Shown piece after piece: positions 24,950 to 37,974 of a stretch of 64,000 bases of DNA (position 1 is the stretch's first letter; the number at the start of each line of letters is the position of its first letter). The translations under genes and the position numbers were made by a program. The notes beneath the pieces were generated by a model. That model saw only the letters and a program-made list of their open reading frames with translations. It did no database searches and was not told the origin of the DNA. The stretch covers positions 35,216,001 through 35,280,000 of the forward strand of contig NC_091999.1 of NCBI RefSeq assembly GCF_044704955.1, read 5' to 3'. The DNA is from Pristiophorus japonicus. Taxonomy: Eukaryota.

Positions 24950-25487
24950 TAGGCACCTTGGAATCCCTGGCCAAAGACCACCGTAAGTGGAGGAAGAGCA
25001 TCCAGGAGGGCGCTGAACACCTCGAGGCTCATCGCCGAAGCATGCAGAAAACAAGCGAAGGTAGTGGAAGGAGCATCTGGCAAATCAGACTCCTCACCCA
25101 GACTTTCCATCAACGACTTTCTGTCCCACCAGTGACAGTGACTATAATTCCAATATTGAACTGTACAATCACATGAGAACTCACTTTTAGAGTGGAAGCA
25201 ATTCTTCCTCAATTTCGAGGGATTGTCTATGATGATGATGATAACGCTTAGGAGATAGTAATTCTCTGAAAACCACGAGTCTCAACGCTGAGAGCATGCA
25301 GAAATCAAGTGCAGGCAGCAGAAAGAGCGTGCACAAACCAGTCCCACCTACCCGTTCCCTCAACGACTATCTGTCCCATCTGTGACAAGTCAGTGGCTCT
25401 CGTATTGGATTGTTCAGCCACCAAACAACACACTACAGGAGTGGAAGCAAGTCTTCCTTGATTCCGAGGAACTGCCTATGATGATGA
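24950..25487 (+). mobile_element. Two tandem RTE 3' fragments
   Basis: Both end in GTGGAAGCAA...GCCTATGATGATGA-like tails (about 25242 and 25487) and match 23270-23561. Confidence 0.85.
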
Positions 25488-25804
25488 GTAATTAACTTAG
25501 AAATCGGTATTGACAATATAAGTGTCACTGGACGTGTCCTTTTCCATTTCATGCCTTTAACCTCATGCAGACGAGTCACAAAACTGCCTCACAAACTGTT
25601 CATTCAAATAACATTCTTTCCTGCAAGCCTCATTTCCTCCCTTCTTCCACATCTCTACAAATCTCACCGAACATTTAATTAGTGACTTTAGATTTTGGTA
25701 TTTTGGAACAAGAACAGACGGATACATTTGCTGCGCTGGTTACATCAAATTATAAGCCTGTCTGAAAAGTGCTTCTGACAATAAACTATTACAAAATTGA
25801 AAAA

Positions 25805-26555
25805 GTAGAAAAGCAAATCATAATTTAAATGGAGAAAAATTGCAAAGTGCTGAAATACAGAGGGAGTTGGGGGTCCTTGTGCATGAAACACAAAACGTTA
25901 GTATGCAGGTACAGCAAATAAACAGAAAGGAAAATGGAATGATGATCTTTATTGCAAGGGGGATGGATTATAAAAGCTGAGAAGTCCTGCTACAACTGCA
26001 CAAGGTATTGGTGAATCCAAACCAAGAGTACTGTATACAGTTTTCATCTCCGTATTTAAGGAGGAATATGCTTGCATTTGAGGCGGTTCAGAGAACGTTC
26101 ATTAGGTTGATTCCAGTGATGAGGTGATTGGCTTATGAAGATAGGTTGAGTAGGTTGGGCCTATACTCATTGGAGTTCAGAAGAATGAGAGGTGATCTTA
26201 TTGAAAAATATAGGATAATGAGAAAGCTCGACAATGTGCTTGCAGAGAGGATATTTCCACTCATAGGGGAAACTAAAACTAGGGGGCAAAGTCTCAGAAT
26301 AAGGGGCAGCCCATTTAAAACTGAGATGAGAAGGAATTTCTTCTCTCAGCGGGTTGTAATTCTGTAGAATTCACTGCCCCAGAGAGCTGTGGAGGCTAGG
26401 TCATTGAATATATTTCAGGCGGAGATACATAGATTTTTCAGCAATAAGGGAATAAAGGGTTATGGGGAGCAGGCAGGGAAGTGGAGCTGAGTCCATGATC
26501 AGAACAGCCATGAGGGGCCAGGTGGCCGACTCCTGTTCCTACTTCTTATGTTCCT
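25805..26555 (+). mobile_element. CR1 LINE 3' fragment
   Basis: LGLYSLEFRRMRGDLIE, FKTEMRRNFFSQRVV; TTCTTATG tail. Confidence 0.92.
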
Positions 26556-26754
26556 GTAACAGGCCCCACCAGTCACCATGTGATTCCACCGTCATATCTT
26601 CATCCATTACTCAGCTTTTGCCCTCACTAGACCTGGTTTTAACATCATGACCATTGCCCACACATAAGACTCTCTAATTCCCGAATGGTGCACAAACGCT
26701 AGCATGGACTGATTATTCCGAATGGCCCATTTGTGTGCCGTATATCCTATGTAA

Positions 26755-26945
26755 TTTTGTAGTCTCAGTGTAAGTGGTCACTGGAATTGGTGCCTCAGGG
26801 TAAGTGGTCCCTGGATTTGGTGCCTCAGTGCAACTGGTCCAAGGATTTCGTGTCGCAGTGTAAGTGGTCCCTGGATTTGGTGTATCAGTGTAAATGGTCC
26901 CTGGATTTGGTGTCACAATGCGAGTAGCTTTTGGATTTGTTGTTG
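26755..26945. repeat. 30-bp tandem repeat, about 6 copies
   Basis: GTGTAAGTGGTCCCTGGATTTGGTGCCTCA. Confidence 0.9.
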
Positions 26946-28712
26946 AAAGCACCTCGTCACTGGGACTGAGCGCAAACCCGCAGCCCAGCATTGCATTCAG
27001 CACAGAATGATCCCACTCAGTCTATTCCCAATTAACACGGTCCACATTAATTCAACAGAAACAACCCAGTGCCCCCAAGTAACTGCTGCCCCGCGTTTAA
27101 CTTCAGTGAAACACGCAATTCTAAACATTTTAAAATAAAAATGAACCGCATCAAAGCACAACAGAAGTGATTAATTTCAGTAAATCCCCCTCACTCATAC
27201 ACCTCCTTCACCTCGACTCTTCAACTCCCTCTCTAAATACAACTCTTCACCCCAGCTCCTCTTTCACCCATACAATTTCATTTTTACCATCACTTACAGC
27301 AATGATCCACACTGGAGGTAAATCTCAGGAGCTTCTGTGTGACGGTGCGATGATCACTGAACAATAAAGCGCAGAGACGGCGGGGAGAGAGGGAGGGGGA
27401 GGGGCTGCTCATTATTCTCGATGTGATTAAATCCGCTTTCCCACTGATTACTGCAGACAGACATGGTCACCTTGTAACAGAATGGTCAGTGTGACGTCAC
27501 TTTTTGAACAAGAGTACACAAGACAATGTGTTATCAATAAATGGTAAAGTTATTAAACACCCCGCAATTGCATTGTAAACAAAATGGAAATAAATTGTTG
27601 GAAGTTAATTGGTGAAGATAATTATTTATCTCTGTGCAATTGACTAGCAAACATTAAGAGTGTCATGTTTTGTTTACACACACGCATAAATATATATATA
27701 TATAGCAAAGAATCTGTGTGTGTCCTTTTCAGTTGTTCTGCTCAACCCGACCATTATTACGATGTAGGTTATAGGACCCTGCGGCAGCCCATCCGGCGGT
27801 GCTTGCTGAGTCAGGATATCAAGAGACCGTGCGCTGTTCCTCCTCCCACTGCCTGGGGGAATGGGACAGATATTTAAAGGGACAGGGACTCCCCTTTCTC
27901 TGCTTCTTTATAGTTAAAGGGACAGTCCAGTTTATCTTGGGGTGTCGGAGGACTTCACCAACCGAGCTCCCATTGACAGTCGCTCCCTTCTGTACTGTGC
28001 AGTGATTGTAAAGCTGTCCATTTCAGTGACTTGAGCATTTCTAAAATGTCTCACTGATTTTGATGATCCAATTGTATAATTTGGAAAGAGTCCATAATTG
28101 TGCAGTGTGACGAAGATTTCATTTAAAGGTGGAGTCAAATTTGTTTCAGAATATTCTGTTCCAACCATTCCCCTACCCCCCAAATTTTCGAACTCTGCAA
28201 TAATGACTGGGAAGGTCCCAAGTTCAATCCTTGATCTGATCTGTTGGTTGACCTCCGCCAAGGCAGCAGATCAGGGGTTATAATTGTCCTCAATACCATT
28301 GGGTTAAATAAGAGTAAAAATCAGCCACTGCCCCTGCTCTTCAGACCGATCAAGTGACGTCAACTGGGAAGTGTGTGGATGTAATTTTGGACAGGATTTG
28401 AGGCTGTGATGCCTACCACAGTGGGAATCCTGCTGGCACTCACTGTGTCGACTGACGGTGAGGCACGAGAGGTTTTCGAATGTCTGTGGAATTGCACCCA
28501 GCCAGATTCAGCACTTTCTGGAGATAATACATCTCAGGCGATGAAAGGAATGTTGATTTTAGAGATTGAGGATGGAGGGTAGAGTCTTGAATAAGGAATT
28601 TACAGCTGAGGGGGGACAGGAGAGGACAGGATGTTCTGTAGAATCTGGAATAGTGTGTTCTGAATTTCAATCCTTTACTTAAAGTAACAACGTTTGTAAC
28701 CACCATTTGCAG

Positions 28713-29010
28713 GGTATTAGAAGAGGAGGATCTGTAGCTGGGAAACTCAAACCGGACATCACGTCAAGAATTGATAGATTCCCTGGATTGATCAGGATCA
28801 CCTTATCATCAGCCTTGGTAAAAACACCAATCACAACGGGGAGAAACAGGACACATGTTCTGTGTGTGGATGTACCTTCAACCAATCGTTCAGCCTGTGA
28901 GACTCGTGCGCCCACCTGACTCAACACTGTAAATGTGGGGACAGTGGGAATGGATGCTGTTGCACGTGGAAGTGATTCAGTCGCTCATCTCACCAATTGA
29001 CATTCGAGGC
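28713..29010 (+). pseudogene. Decayed C2H2 zinc-finger exon (copy E, duplicate of A)
   Basis: Acceptor TTTGCAG|G, VLEEEDL*..., GEKQDTCSVCG, KCGDSG; colinear with 3824-4120. Confidence 0.75.
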
Positions 29011-29144
29011 GTTAGATAACAGACATTCTCCTGTGAATATAGAGCTAGGTTATTAGGCTGTGATGTGTTTACTTATTCATCGAGTTGATTCTAATCCTTT
29101 GGCAATTATTTGATGTGATTGGTTCAGAGAGAGATACTGTGGGG

Positions 29145-29724
29145 TGTTGTGGAAAAATATTTCCGAGACTGTATAATATATAAAGAGAGGTTTATTAAAT
29201 CGGAGACAAAGCTTTGTGAGAAGTGTTAGATACCCCTGTCTCTGAAGCAGCTTCTCAATTTGATATCTCCAGTGAGGTTCTTTTATCTTACAAATTACGT
29301 CACTTTACATCACGTGCTTTAGCACTCGTCCTTAAGTCCAATCATCGCATTACAAGGTTTACAAAGCTTTTCATACAATTACTGTCCAAGGCTGAGCTCT
29401 AGATATAAACCAGCCTCGCATTGTTACAGGAATTATATACATCCAAGAGGACTAGTTCCCCTTTAATCAACAAAAAAACAAGTGGCAGGCTTTTTGGCAC
29501 CGGTATAGACAAACATACCCCCACTTATCTCTCCAGTCGTTCATTATCTCACTTTCCTATCTCCATAACTCAAGGTCAGCATACCTTGAAGTTTAACTCT
29601 GTTTTTTTGTATAAAGCATATTGCATCAGTATTGTCCCTTACATAATTCATTCAAGGGGAAAATAAAAAGAAATGTTTGGTCCCATATACTAGTCAAGTA
29701 TATGTCCAAAAATCAGCTCCAACA
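29145..29724 (-). mobile_element. Solo LTR, 580 bp
   Basis: TGTTG...CAACA termini; 4-bp target-site duplication GGGG (29141-29144 and 29725-29728); minus-strand AATAAA at 29196-29191; absent at the paralogous site 4341-4356. Confidence 0.85.
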
Positions 29725-30136
29725 GGGGCACACACTCAGTCCAGTATCTGAAAGTGATTAAGAGACTGGGTTTTGTGTTTAGTGATCCCGGGCATGTTTC
29801 TGACACCTTTGCTCGATACCAAGGCAAGGAGAGGTACTCTGGAAGGTATGAGGAACAGGGAGTAACCAAAGATATGAGACTGAAATAATGTCGAGTTAGA
29901 AAGTAGAAAATGCACAAAATGGTGCAGTCGGTAACAGGAAATAACTTAGACCCCTCTTATCTTGGCGACATCAAATATCGACACACTCTGTCATTTAAAA
30001 TATCAAATTATTAAACTCCAGCCCAGTTATAGGGGTTATTCACATCAGCAGAAACAAATTCCAACCAACACAAGAAACAAGATTCAGTCAGGAAGTCATT
30101 AACACCAGCAATAACCGCAGAATCTAACCCCTGCAG

Positions 30137-30250
30137 TCACTTGTGAACTCGCTGGTGTGTCAGCAGGTTGGATGACTGAGTGAATCACTTCCAACACTCA
30201 GGGCAGGTGAACGTCCTCTCCTCAATGTGACTGTGATGATGCATTTCCAG
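30137..30250 (-). pseudogene. Truncated ZNF remnant, last finger (copy F, duplicate of B)
   Basis: Inverted [15 protein letters not shown]-stop; family 3' UTR at 29880-30136. Confidence 0.8.
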
Positions 30251-30689
30251 TTTACAACGTTGGGTTCAGTTTTGCACCCGCTGTGCACAGAGTGAGAATA
30301 AAATCAATGAGCTGCTGATTCTCTCTGCTGGGCACTGCGTCTTTTGTGCTGGTCCAATAGGGTGAGCCTATGCTGCCCCAATAATGTGAGCCCGGGCTGG
30401 CCAGTAGGCTCAGCCTGGGCTGGCCCAAAAGAGTGCAATTGAGTGGCCCAATAGGGTGAGGCCGTGCTGGCCCAAATGTGTCAGCCCGTGCTTGCCCAAT
30501 TGGATGAGCCCATGCTGGCCCAATAGTAAGATCCTTGGCTGGACCAATGGTGAGTCGGGCTGGCCCAGAGACACCAGGCAACAATCAGCACAAGATGACT
30601 CCCTTTCAGGGGCCACTGACCTGGTCACAAACATGTGGTCCAATCAAACTGACAGACAACCTGAAGCCCCGCCCAACCATTGTCCCTGC

Positions 30690-31130
30690 TGAAAAAGCCA
30701 CATATGCGCCGCGAGACCCGCCCAGACCAAGATGGCGGCCGCTCAGCCCGCTCTCCCACTCCACCCTGACCATGATGGCGGCCGCTGAGCCCGCTCCCTC
30801 CACCCTGACCAGTATGGCGGCCGCTGAGCCTGCTCGCCCCGCCCTGACAAAGATGATGGCCGCAGAGCCCACTCCCCCGGACGCTCATTGACCGTGTCTG
30901 TAACCGGTGGGTAAACACCGGGTCTGCAGGCTGTAATTCGGGGCCTGGGGACGAGCCCGGGTGTGTGTGAAGCGGGTGGTGCGGAGTGTTGTCTCTCGGG
31001 CCTGGGCCCGCACTCGGGCTGTGAGACCACTCTAACAACCCGGGTTTATTAACCCAGGAAACTATTGGTTCTGCACTTTGTGATTTACAAGCGGCAAGCC
31101 CCGCCCCCTCCTAGCCCGAATCATTCCATG
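30690..31130. promoter_or_regulatory. CpG-rich promoter-like region with tandem YY1-type motifs
   Basis: ATGGCGGCCGC-like motif four times between 30728 and 30865; GC box near 31100. Confidence 0.55.
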
Positions 31131-31149
31131 CAGGTGGTGCAGAGAAATA

Positions 31150-33980
31150 GGACTTGGGGAAGGCACTTCGGCTGGGAGACGAATACATTGGGACTGGGGT
31201 AAGGCACTTTAGCTGGGTGAGGGATACATTGGGACAGGGGTAAGGCACATCAGCTGGGGGAGGGATACATTGGGACTGGGGTAAGGCACATCGGCTGGGG
31301 GAGGGATACATTGGGACTGGGAGTAGGCATGCACTGGGACTGGGTTAAGGCACTGCAACTAGGGCAGGCATGCACTGGGACTGGGTTAAGGCACTCCAAC
31401 TGGGGGACTGATACACTGGCACTGGAGTGAGGCACTTCATCTGGGGGAGGCATACACTGGGACTGGGGTAAGGCACTTCAACTGGTGGAGGGATACACTT
31501 GGACTGGGGTAAGCCACTTCGACTGGGGAGGGATACACTCAGACTGGGGTAAGGCACTTCAACTGGGGGAGGCATATACTGGGACTGATGTAAGGCACTT
31601 CAACTGGAGTAGTCATGCACTGCGACTGGGGTAAGGCACTTCAACTGGGGGAGGGATACACTGGGACTGGGGTAAGGCACTTCGGATGATGAGGGATAGA
31701 CTGGGACTGGGGTAAGGCACTTCAACTGTGGGAGGGATGCACTGGGACTGGAACAAGGCACTTCAACTGGGGGAGGCATACACTGGGACGGGGGTAAGGC
31801 ACTTCAACTGGGGGAGGCATACACTGAGACTGGGGTAAGGCACGTCGGCTGGGGGAGGCATTCACTTGGACTGGGGTAAAGCACTTCACCTGGGGGAGGC
31901 ATGAACTGTGACTGGGACAAGGCACTTCGGCTGGGGGAGGCATGCACTGTGACTGGGATCAGGCACTTCGGCTGGGGGAGGCATGCACTCTAACTGGGGT
32001 AAGGCACTTCAACTGGGGCAGGGATACACTGGACTGGGGTAAGGCACTTCAACTGAGGGAGGGATACACTGGCACTGGGGTAAGCCACTTCAACTGGGGG
32101 ATGCTAACACTGGGACTGGAGTAAGACACTTCAACTGGGGAACGCCTAAACTGGGAATGGGCTAAGGCTCTTCAACTGGGGGAAGGATACACTGGGACTG
32201 GAATAAGGCACTTCGGTTGGGGGAGGCATGCACAGCGACTGCGGTAAAATACTTTGGCTAATGGAGGCATGCACTCACACTGTGACAAGGCACTTCGGCT
32301 GGGGGAGGCATACACTGGGACTGGGGTAAGGCACTTCGGCTGGGAAAGTCATAAACTGCGACTGGATTAAGGCACTTCGGTTGTTGGAGGCATATACTGG
32401 GACTGGGACAAAGTAGTTTGGCTGGGAGAGGCATGCACTGGCACGGGTGTAAGGGACTTCGGCTGGCAGAGATGTGCACTCGGACTGGAGTAAGGCACTT
32501 CAACTGGTGGAGGCATACACTGGGAATGCGGTTAGGAATTTCAACTGGGAGAGGCATGCACTGGGACTGGGGTAGGCTCTTCAAATGTGGGAGGATACAC
32601 TGGGAATGGAACAATGCACTTCAAATGGTGGAGGGATACCTGGGACTTGTGTAAGGGTACTTCAACTGTAGAAGGCATGCACTGGGACTGCGGTAAGGCA
32701 CTTCAACTGGTGGAGGGATACACTGGGACTGGGGTAAGGCACTTTGGCTTGGAGAGGCATTCACTGGGACTGGTTTAAGGCACTTTGCCTGGGGAAGCAT
32801 ATACTGGGACTGGGGTAAGGCACTTCGGCTGGGGGACGCATGTACTGGGACTGGGTTAAGGCATTTCGGCTGGGGGAGGCATATACTGAGACTGGCGTAA
32901 GGCACTTCAACTGGGGCAGGGATACACTGGACCGGGGTAAGGCACTTCAACTGAGGGAGGGATACACTGGCACTGGGGTAAGCCACTTCAACTGGGGGAT
33001 GCTAAAACTGGGACTGGAGTAAGACACTTCAACTGGGGCAGGCATAAACTAGGACTGGGCTAAGGCACTTCAACTGGGGGAGGGATCCACTGGGACTGGG
33101 ATAAGGCACTTCGGCTGGGGGAGGCATGCACTGGGACTAGGTTAAGGCACTTTGGCTGGGGAAGGCATATACTGGGATTAGGGTAAGGCACTTCGGCTGG
33201 GATAGGCGTAAACTGTGACTGGTTTAAGGCACTTCGGTTGTTGGAGGCGTATACTGGGACTGGGACAAGGTACTTCGGCTGGGAGAGGCATGCACTGACA
33301 CAGGTGTAAGGGACTTCGGCTGGCAGAGATGTGCATTCGGACTGGAGAAAGGCATTTCAACTGGTGGAGGCATACACTGGGACTGTGGTTAGGCATTTCA
33401 AATGGGGGAGGCACGCACTGGGACTGGGGTAAGGCACTTCGGCTGGGGGAGGCTTATACTGGTACTGGGGTAAGGCACTTTGGCTGTGGGAGGCATATAC
33501 TTGGACGGTGGTAAGATACTTCGGCATTGAGGAGAAATGCAATGGGACTAGTGTTGGGCACTTTTGCTGGGTGAGGCATGCACTGGGACTGGAGTAAGGC
33601 ATTCAGTTGGGGGAGGCATATCTTGGGACTGGGGTAAAGCCCTTCTGCTGGGGGAGGCATGTATTGGGACTGGGGTAAAGCACTTCGGCTGGGGGAGGCA
33701 TATCTAGGAACTGGGGTAAAGCACTTCGGCTGGGGGAGGCATATCTTGGGACTGGGGTAATGCACTTCGGCTGGGGGAGGCATGTACTGGAACTGGGGTA
33801 ATGCACTTTGACTGGGGGAGGCATGCACTGGGACTGGGGTAATGCACTTCGGCTGGGGGAGTCATGCACTGGGACAGGGGTAATGCACTTCGGCTGGGGG
33901 AGGCATGCATTGGGACTGGGGTAATGCACTTTGGCTGGGGGAGGCATGCACTGGGATGGTGGCAAGGTACTTTGGCTGGC
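31150..33980. repeat. 41-bp G-rich satellite, about 69 copies
   Basis: GCACTTCGGCTGGGGGAGGCATGCACTGGGACTGGGGTAAG; GCACTT at 33721 and 33762. Confidence 0.97.
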
Positions 33981-34139
33981 CCTTGCTATCTTATGGGGAG
34001 CTCTGTCCTCTGTCGATTCAGGAAGTCAAAGTGGTTTGAGTTACAATTTGCAAAGTCAGTGAGACCTTGGGATGGGTGGTTCCAGTTACACATTCCAGTG
34101 AAATCTCAGGGTGTGGCTTATCCTCCAAGGGACCATAGA

Positions 34140-34450
34140 CAAAGGGTGCGGCGTGGCGGCCATTTTGGCAGTACAAACAAGTGTGTTCTTTATTTACCCG
34201 CTCCCTCCCTCTGCCCATCTCTCACCTGCTGACGCACCCACTGTGCATGCACAGCTCACACTGCCCGGCTGATTGATGGCAGCTCCCGACCAAAAGGGGG
34301 AGTGGGGGCGGGGCTGGAATACCAGGCAGGCGATTGATTCTCCAACCAATCACAGTGTGCGAGAGGTGGGGCTTGCAGCCCCCAGTGGGCTGGGCTGGGT
34401 CTGGATCTCGCTCATTGGCTGAAACTCTGCCCCATTGTTAAAGCTGATGT
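34140..34450. promoter_or_regulatory. Promoter-like motif cluster
   Basis: GCCATTTT (YY1) at 34159-34166; GGGGCGGGGC (Sp/KLF) at 34305-34314; CCAAT at 34346-34350; ATTGG at 34414-34418. Confidence 0.5.
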
Positions 34451-34689
34451 CCTTCAAACTCCAGGAGGAAACGGGACATTTCTGTCGTGGCTTTAAACAG
34501 ATGGAACTCTGTGGGGTGGAGGAAACATTGCAGCATTTGGTAGTGACATGGATTCATTCAGGCCAGACAGCGGGGATTATTTCAGGAAATAACACAGTGT
34601 AGTTGTTTCTGTTGAAACAGATGAAACCCTGTCGTTGTGGAGCAACCACACTTCTCGTATCCTGGTCAATCACGTGTGCAACAAGTGTC

Positions 34690-35400
34690 GTCATGGAAGT
34701 AAAGGATGGTATCAAATTGGAAAAATGGCAGATAATGTTGTGAAGGACAGTGGAAGGCCAGTGGATTGGAAATTTTTAGAAACCTGCAAAGGACGACTAA
34801 AAAATTAAAAAGACAGAGAAGATAGCAGATGAGAGCAAACTCGCAAGAAATATAAAAACAGACAGTAAGAGCTTCTACAGGGATATAAAAAAGAAACGAG
34901 TATCTAAAGTAAACATTGCTCGCAGAGAAGGGTGAGGGGAACTTTACCAGATTGGTACCAGGGATGAATGACTAGAAACACGAGTTCAGCCTCAGCTGGT
35001 GTATTGTGTCCAATTCTGGGCACCACACTATAGGAAGGACGTGAAGTCTTTCAAGATGGTGCAGAAGGAATTTACTGGAAATGCATCAGGGATGGGCGAT
35101 TACAAATATGTGGAGAGATTGTAGAAGCCAGTGCTGTTCTCATTAGAACAGAAATGATTAAGAGGAGATTTAGTAGATTAGTACCTGCACAAATAATTTC
35201 ATTTAATGTGGAGAGACCGGAGAAGATGGGATTGTTCTCCTGAAGCAGAAATGGTTAAGTGGAATGTAGTAGATTAGTATCAGGCATGAGAGGCTTCAGT
35301 TAATGTTGAGTTGAGGTCGAAGACTAGCCATGCTCTTCCTGAATGGCGGAGCAGGCTTGAGGGGCCGAATGACCTACTCTTGCTCCTAATTGTTATGTCC
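34690..35400 (+). mobile_element. Patchwork of CR1 fragments
   Basis: 34695-34925 matches 5700-5940; CR1 3' tail at 35320-35400. Confidence 0.75.
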
Positions 35401-35409
35401 TTATTTTCT

Positions 35410-36900
35410 TAAACTGAGACAGTGTGTAGTGCAATATAACTCAGACAGGACCTAGTGTAATATAAACCAGGTCATGAATTTTATTAACCGAGAAATATCT
35501 GTTTCAGTAATATTTGATATCGAGACTTATGTAATATAAACAGATATATGGTCAGATATAATTTAAATGAAATATATTCTGGTGCAGAAATAACTGGCAC
35601 TGGGCCATGTGTAATATAAACAGGGACATGGTCCAGTACAATATAAACTAAGACCAGGTTAAGTACACTAATAACTTAGACAGTTGTGCCCTGCTGAATT
35701 TACACTGATCGAGAGAATGCCTCTGTTAAAAGTACAGTCGGACATGTCTTAGTTTTTGTTGCAAAGGAACTTGTCTCTGTTTATGTTACAGTAGGTCCAG
35801 TCTCTGTTTATATTACAGTCGACAATATCTCAGTTTATATTACAGTAGACAAGTGCTCAATTTATAATGTTCTGGACAATATCTCTGTTTATATTACACT
35901 AGACAATGTCTCAGTTTATATTACACTCGGCAATGTCTAAGTTTATATTACAGTAGACAATGTCTCAGTTTATATTACACTAGACAATATCTCTGTTTAT
36001 ATTATACTAGACAATGTCTCTGTTTGTATTGTACTAGACAATGTCTCTGTTTATATTACACTAGAAAATTTCTCTATTTATATTACGCTGGACAAGGTGC
36101 ATGTTTACATTGTCCTGGAGAATGTTTCTGTTTATATTACACAAGACAATCTCCCTGTTTACATTACACGAGACAATGTCTGAGTTATTACTGCACCAGA
36201 CCGTATCGCTGGTATCTTCCACTAGGTCCTGTCTCCGTTAGTACTGTACTAGACTCTGTTTCTGTTAATATTGCACAATGTCCAGCCTCATTCATCATTG
36301 CACTTGACCCGGTCACTAGATATATTACAATATGTTCTGCATCTGTTCATATTACACTGAGCCATACCTCAGTTATTACTGTACTGAGCCATGTCTCTGT
36401 TTATATTACACAAGGCTCTCTCTATTAGTACTGCATGAGAACACATGTCTCTTTATATTACACTAGGCTCTGTCTCAGTTATCGCTGCACTAGAACCATG
36501 CATGTGATTAAATTACAATCAGCCTTGTCTCAGTTTACATTACACGATGCCCTGTCTCAGTTATTATTATTATGGACCGTGCCTATGTTCATGTCGTCTT
36601 AGATTAAGTACTGTCTCATTTATTGCTGCACTCGGCTATGTATCTCTCATATTACACGAAATCTTACCTCAGTTAAATTGCACGAGGCAATGTCTATGTT
36701 TATAGTACACTGGTCACTCTCAGTTATTAGAATCTATACCATGTCTCTATATATGTTACACTAGGCACTGTTGCAGTTTTTACTATACTAGACGATGTCT
36801 CCTCTATATATTGCTCTAGGTGTTGTCTCTGTTATTAATGGATTAGAACATTTCTCTGTTTAAATTTCACGATACGCTTTCTCAATTAGTACTGAACGAC
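35410..36900. repeat. 27-bp AT-rich minisatellite; inverted at 35410-35685, forward from about 35770
   Basis: CTCTGTTTATATTACACTAGAC(A/C)(A/C)TGT and the variant CTCAGTTATTACTGCACTAGAC. Confidence 0.9.
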
Positions 36901-37049
36901 ACCATGCCTCTACTCAATTAGATGACGGATGATCGGCATCTTAACTCCATCGACCAGCACTGGTTCCGTCACCCGTAATATCCTAACCAAAACAAAATCT
37001 ACCAATCAATCTCTGGCAGCAATCAGAACATAATGTCTCTGCCTCTTAT

Positions 37050-37850
37050 AGCCTTCCTTTTATGTAGGGATGTGATAGCTTTAATAGTGAGACACTGTTT
37101 ACACTGACAGGAGTGTCGGTAACCAGGGGGCACAGATTTAAGATCCTTTGCAAAAAAAACAGAAGGGACATGAGGAGATGTTTTAATATAGCAAGTTGTT
37201 CTGATCTGAATTGCAGAAGGTATACACTGTCTTTCGTTTTCATAAATAGAGATATAGATGCAAATGCAAGGAATTTATTGCTAAGCATCTGTAAGGCATT
37301 GTTTATTGTGAGCGCCACATTTTACGAACGATTGAACGGCCTTGGAAAGGGTGCAGCGGAAATTTACTAGAATAGTACCTTGGATGAAAGACTTCAGTTA
37401 AGTGAAAATGCTCGGGGCATTGGGATTGTTGTCATTCGCGCAGAGAAAGCTAAAGTGAGCTTGATAAACATGTTCAAGATCGGGAATGGGTCTGACACTA
37501 TAAATACGAAGATAATGTTTCATTGGCTGACCGGTCTGTAACCAGAGAACACAGGTTTAAGCAACTTGGCAAAAGAGCCAGAGGCGAAATGAGGAAAAAG
37601 AAATACACAACGAGCTGTTATGATCTGGAATACACTACCTGATACGGTGCTGGAAGTAATTCCGGTAATAAGTTTCAAAGGGGAATTGGGTAAATAATTG
37701 TATTTGAAAAAATGCAGGGATATTGGGAAACAGCAGGGGAAGTGGGACTAATTGATTAGCTGTTTCAGCTTAGTGTCAGCACAGGCACAACTGGGCTGAA
37801 TGTGGACGTTATCTACTGTATCATTCTTCAATTCTGTGATTCTATAACTA
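37050..37850 (+). mobile_element. Old CR1-like 3' fragments
   Basis: SVTRGHRFKI motif; TTCTGTGATTCTAT tail. Confidence 0.7.
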
Positions 37851-37974
37851 CATCATGTCTAGGTTCATATTACACTAAGACCCGTCTCTGTTTATAAAAC
37901 ACTAGATCCTGCCGCAGTTATTATTGCAATGGACAAGGAATATTTTTAAATCACGCTAGGACCTAAGAATATTA

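Noticed and set aside
31111-33965. Pro/Ser/Cys-rich ORFs in the 41-bp satellite
   Set aside because: The unit length is not a multiple of 3; the ORFs are by-products of the repeat.
31150-33980. Immunoglobulin switch region, or ZNF143 site array
   Set aside because: No Ig exons in the window and AGCT motifs are rare; GCATGCACTGGGA has the wrong spacing for the ZNF143 core.
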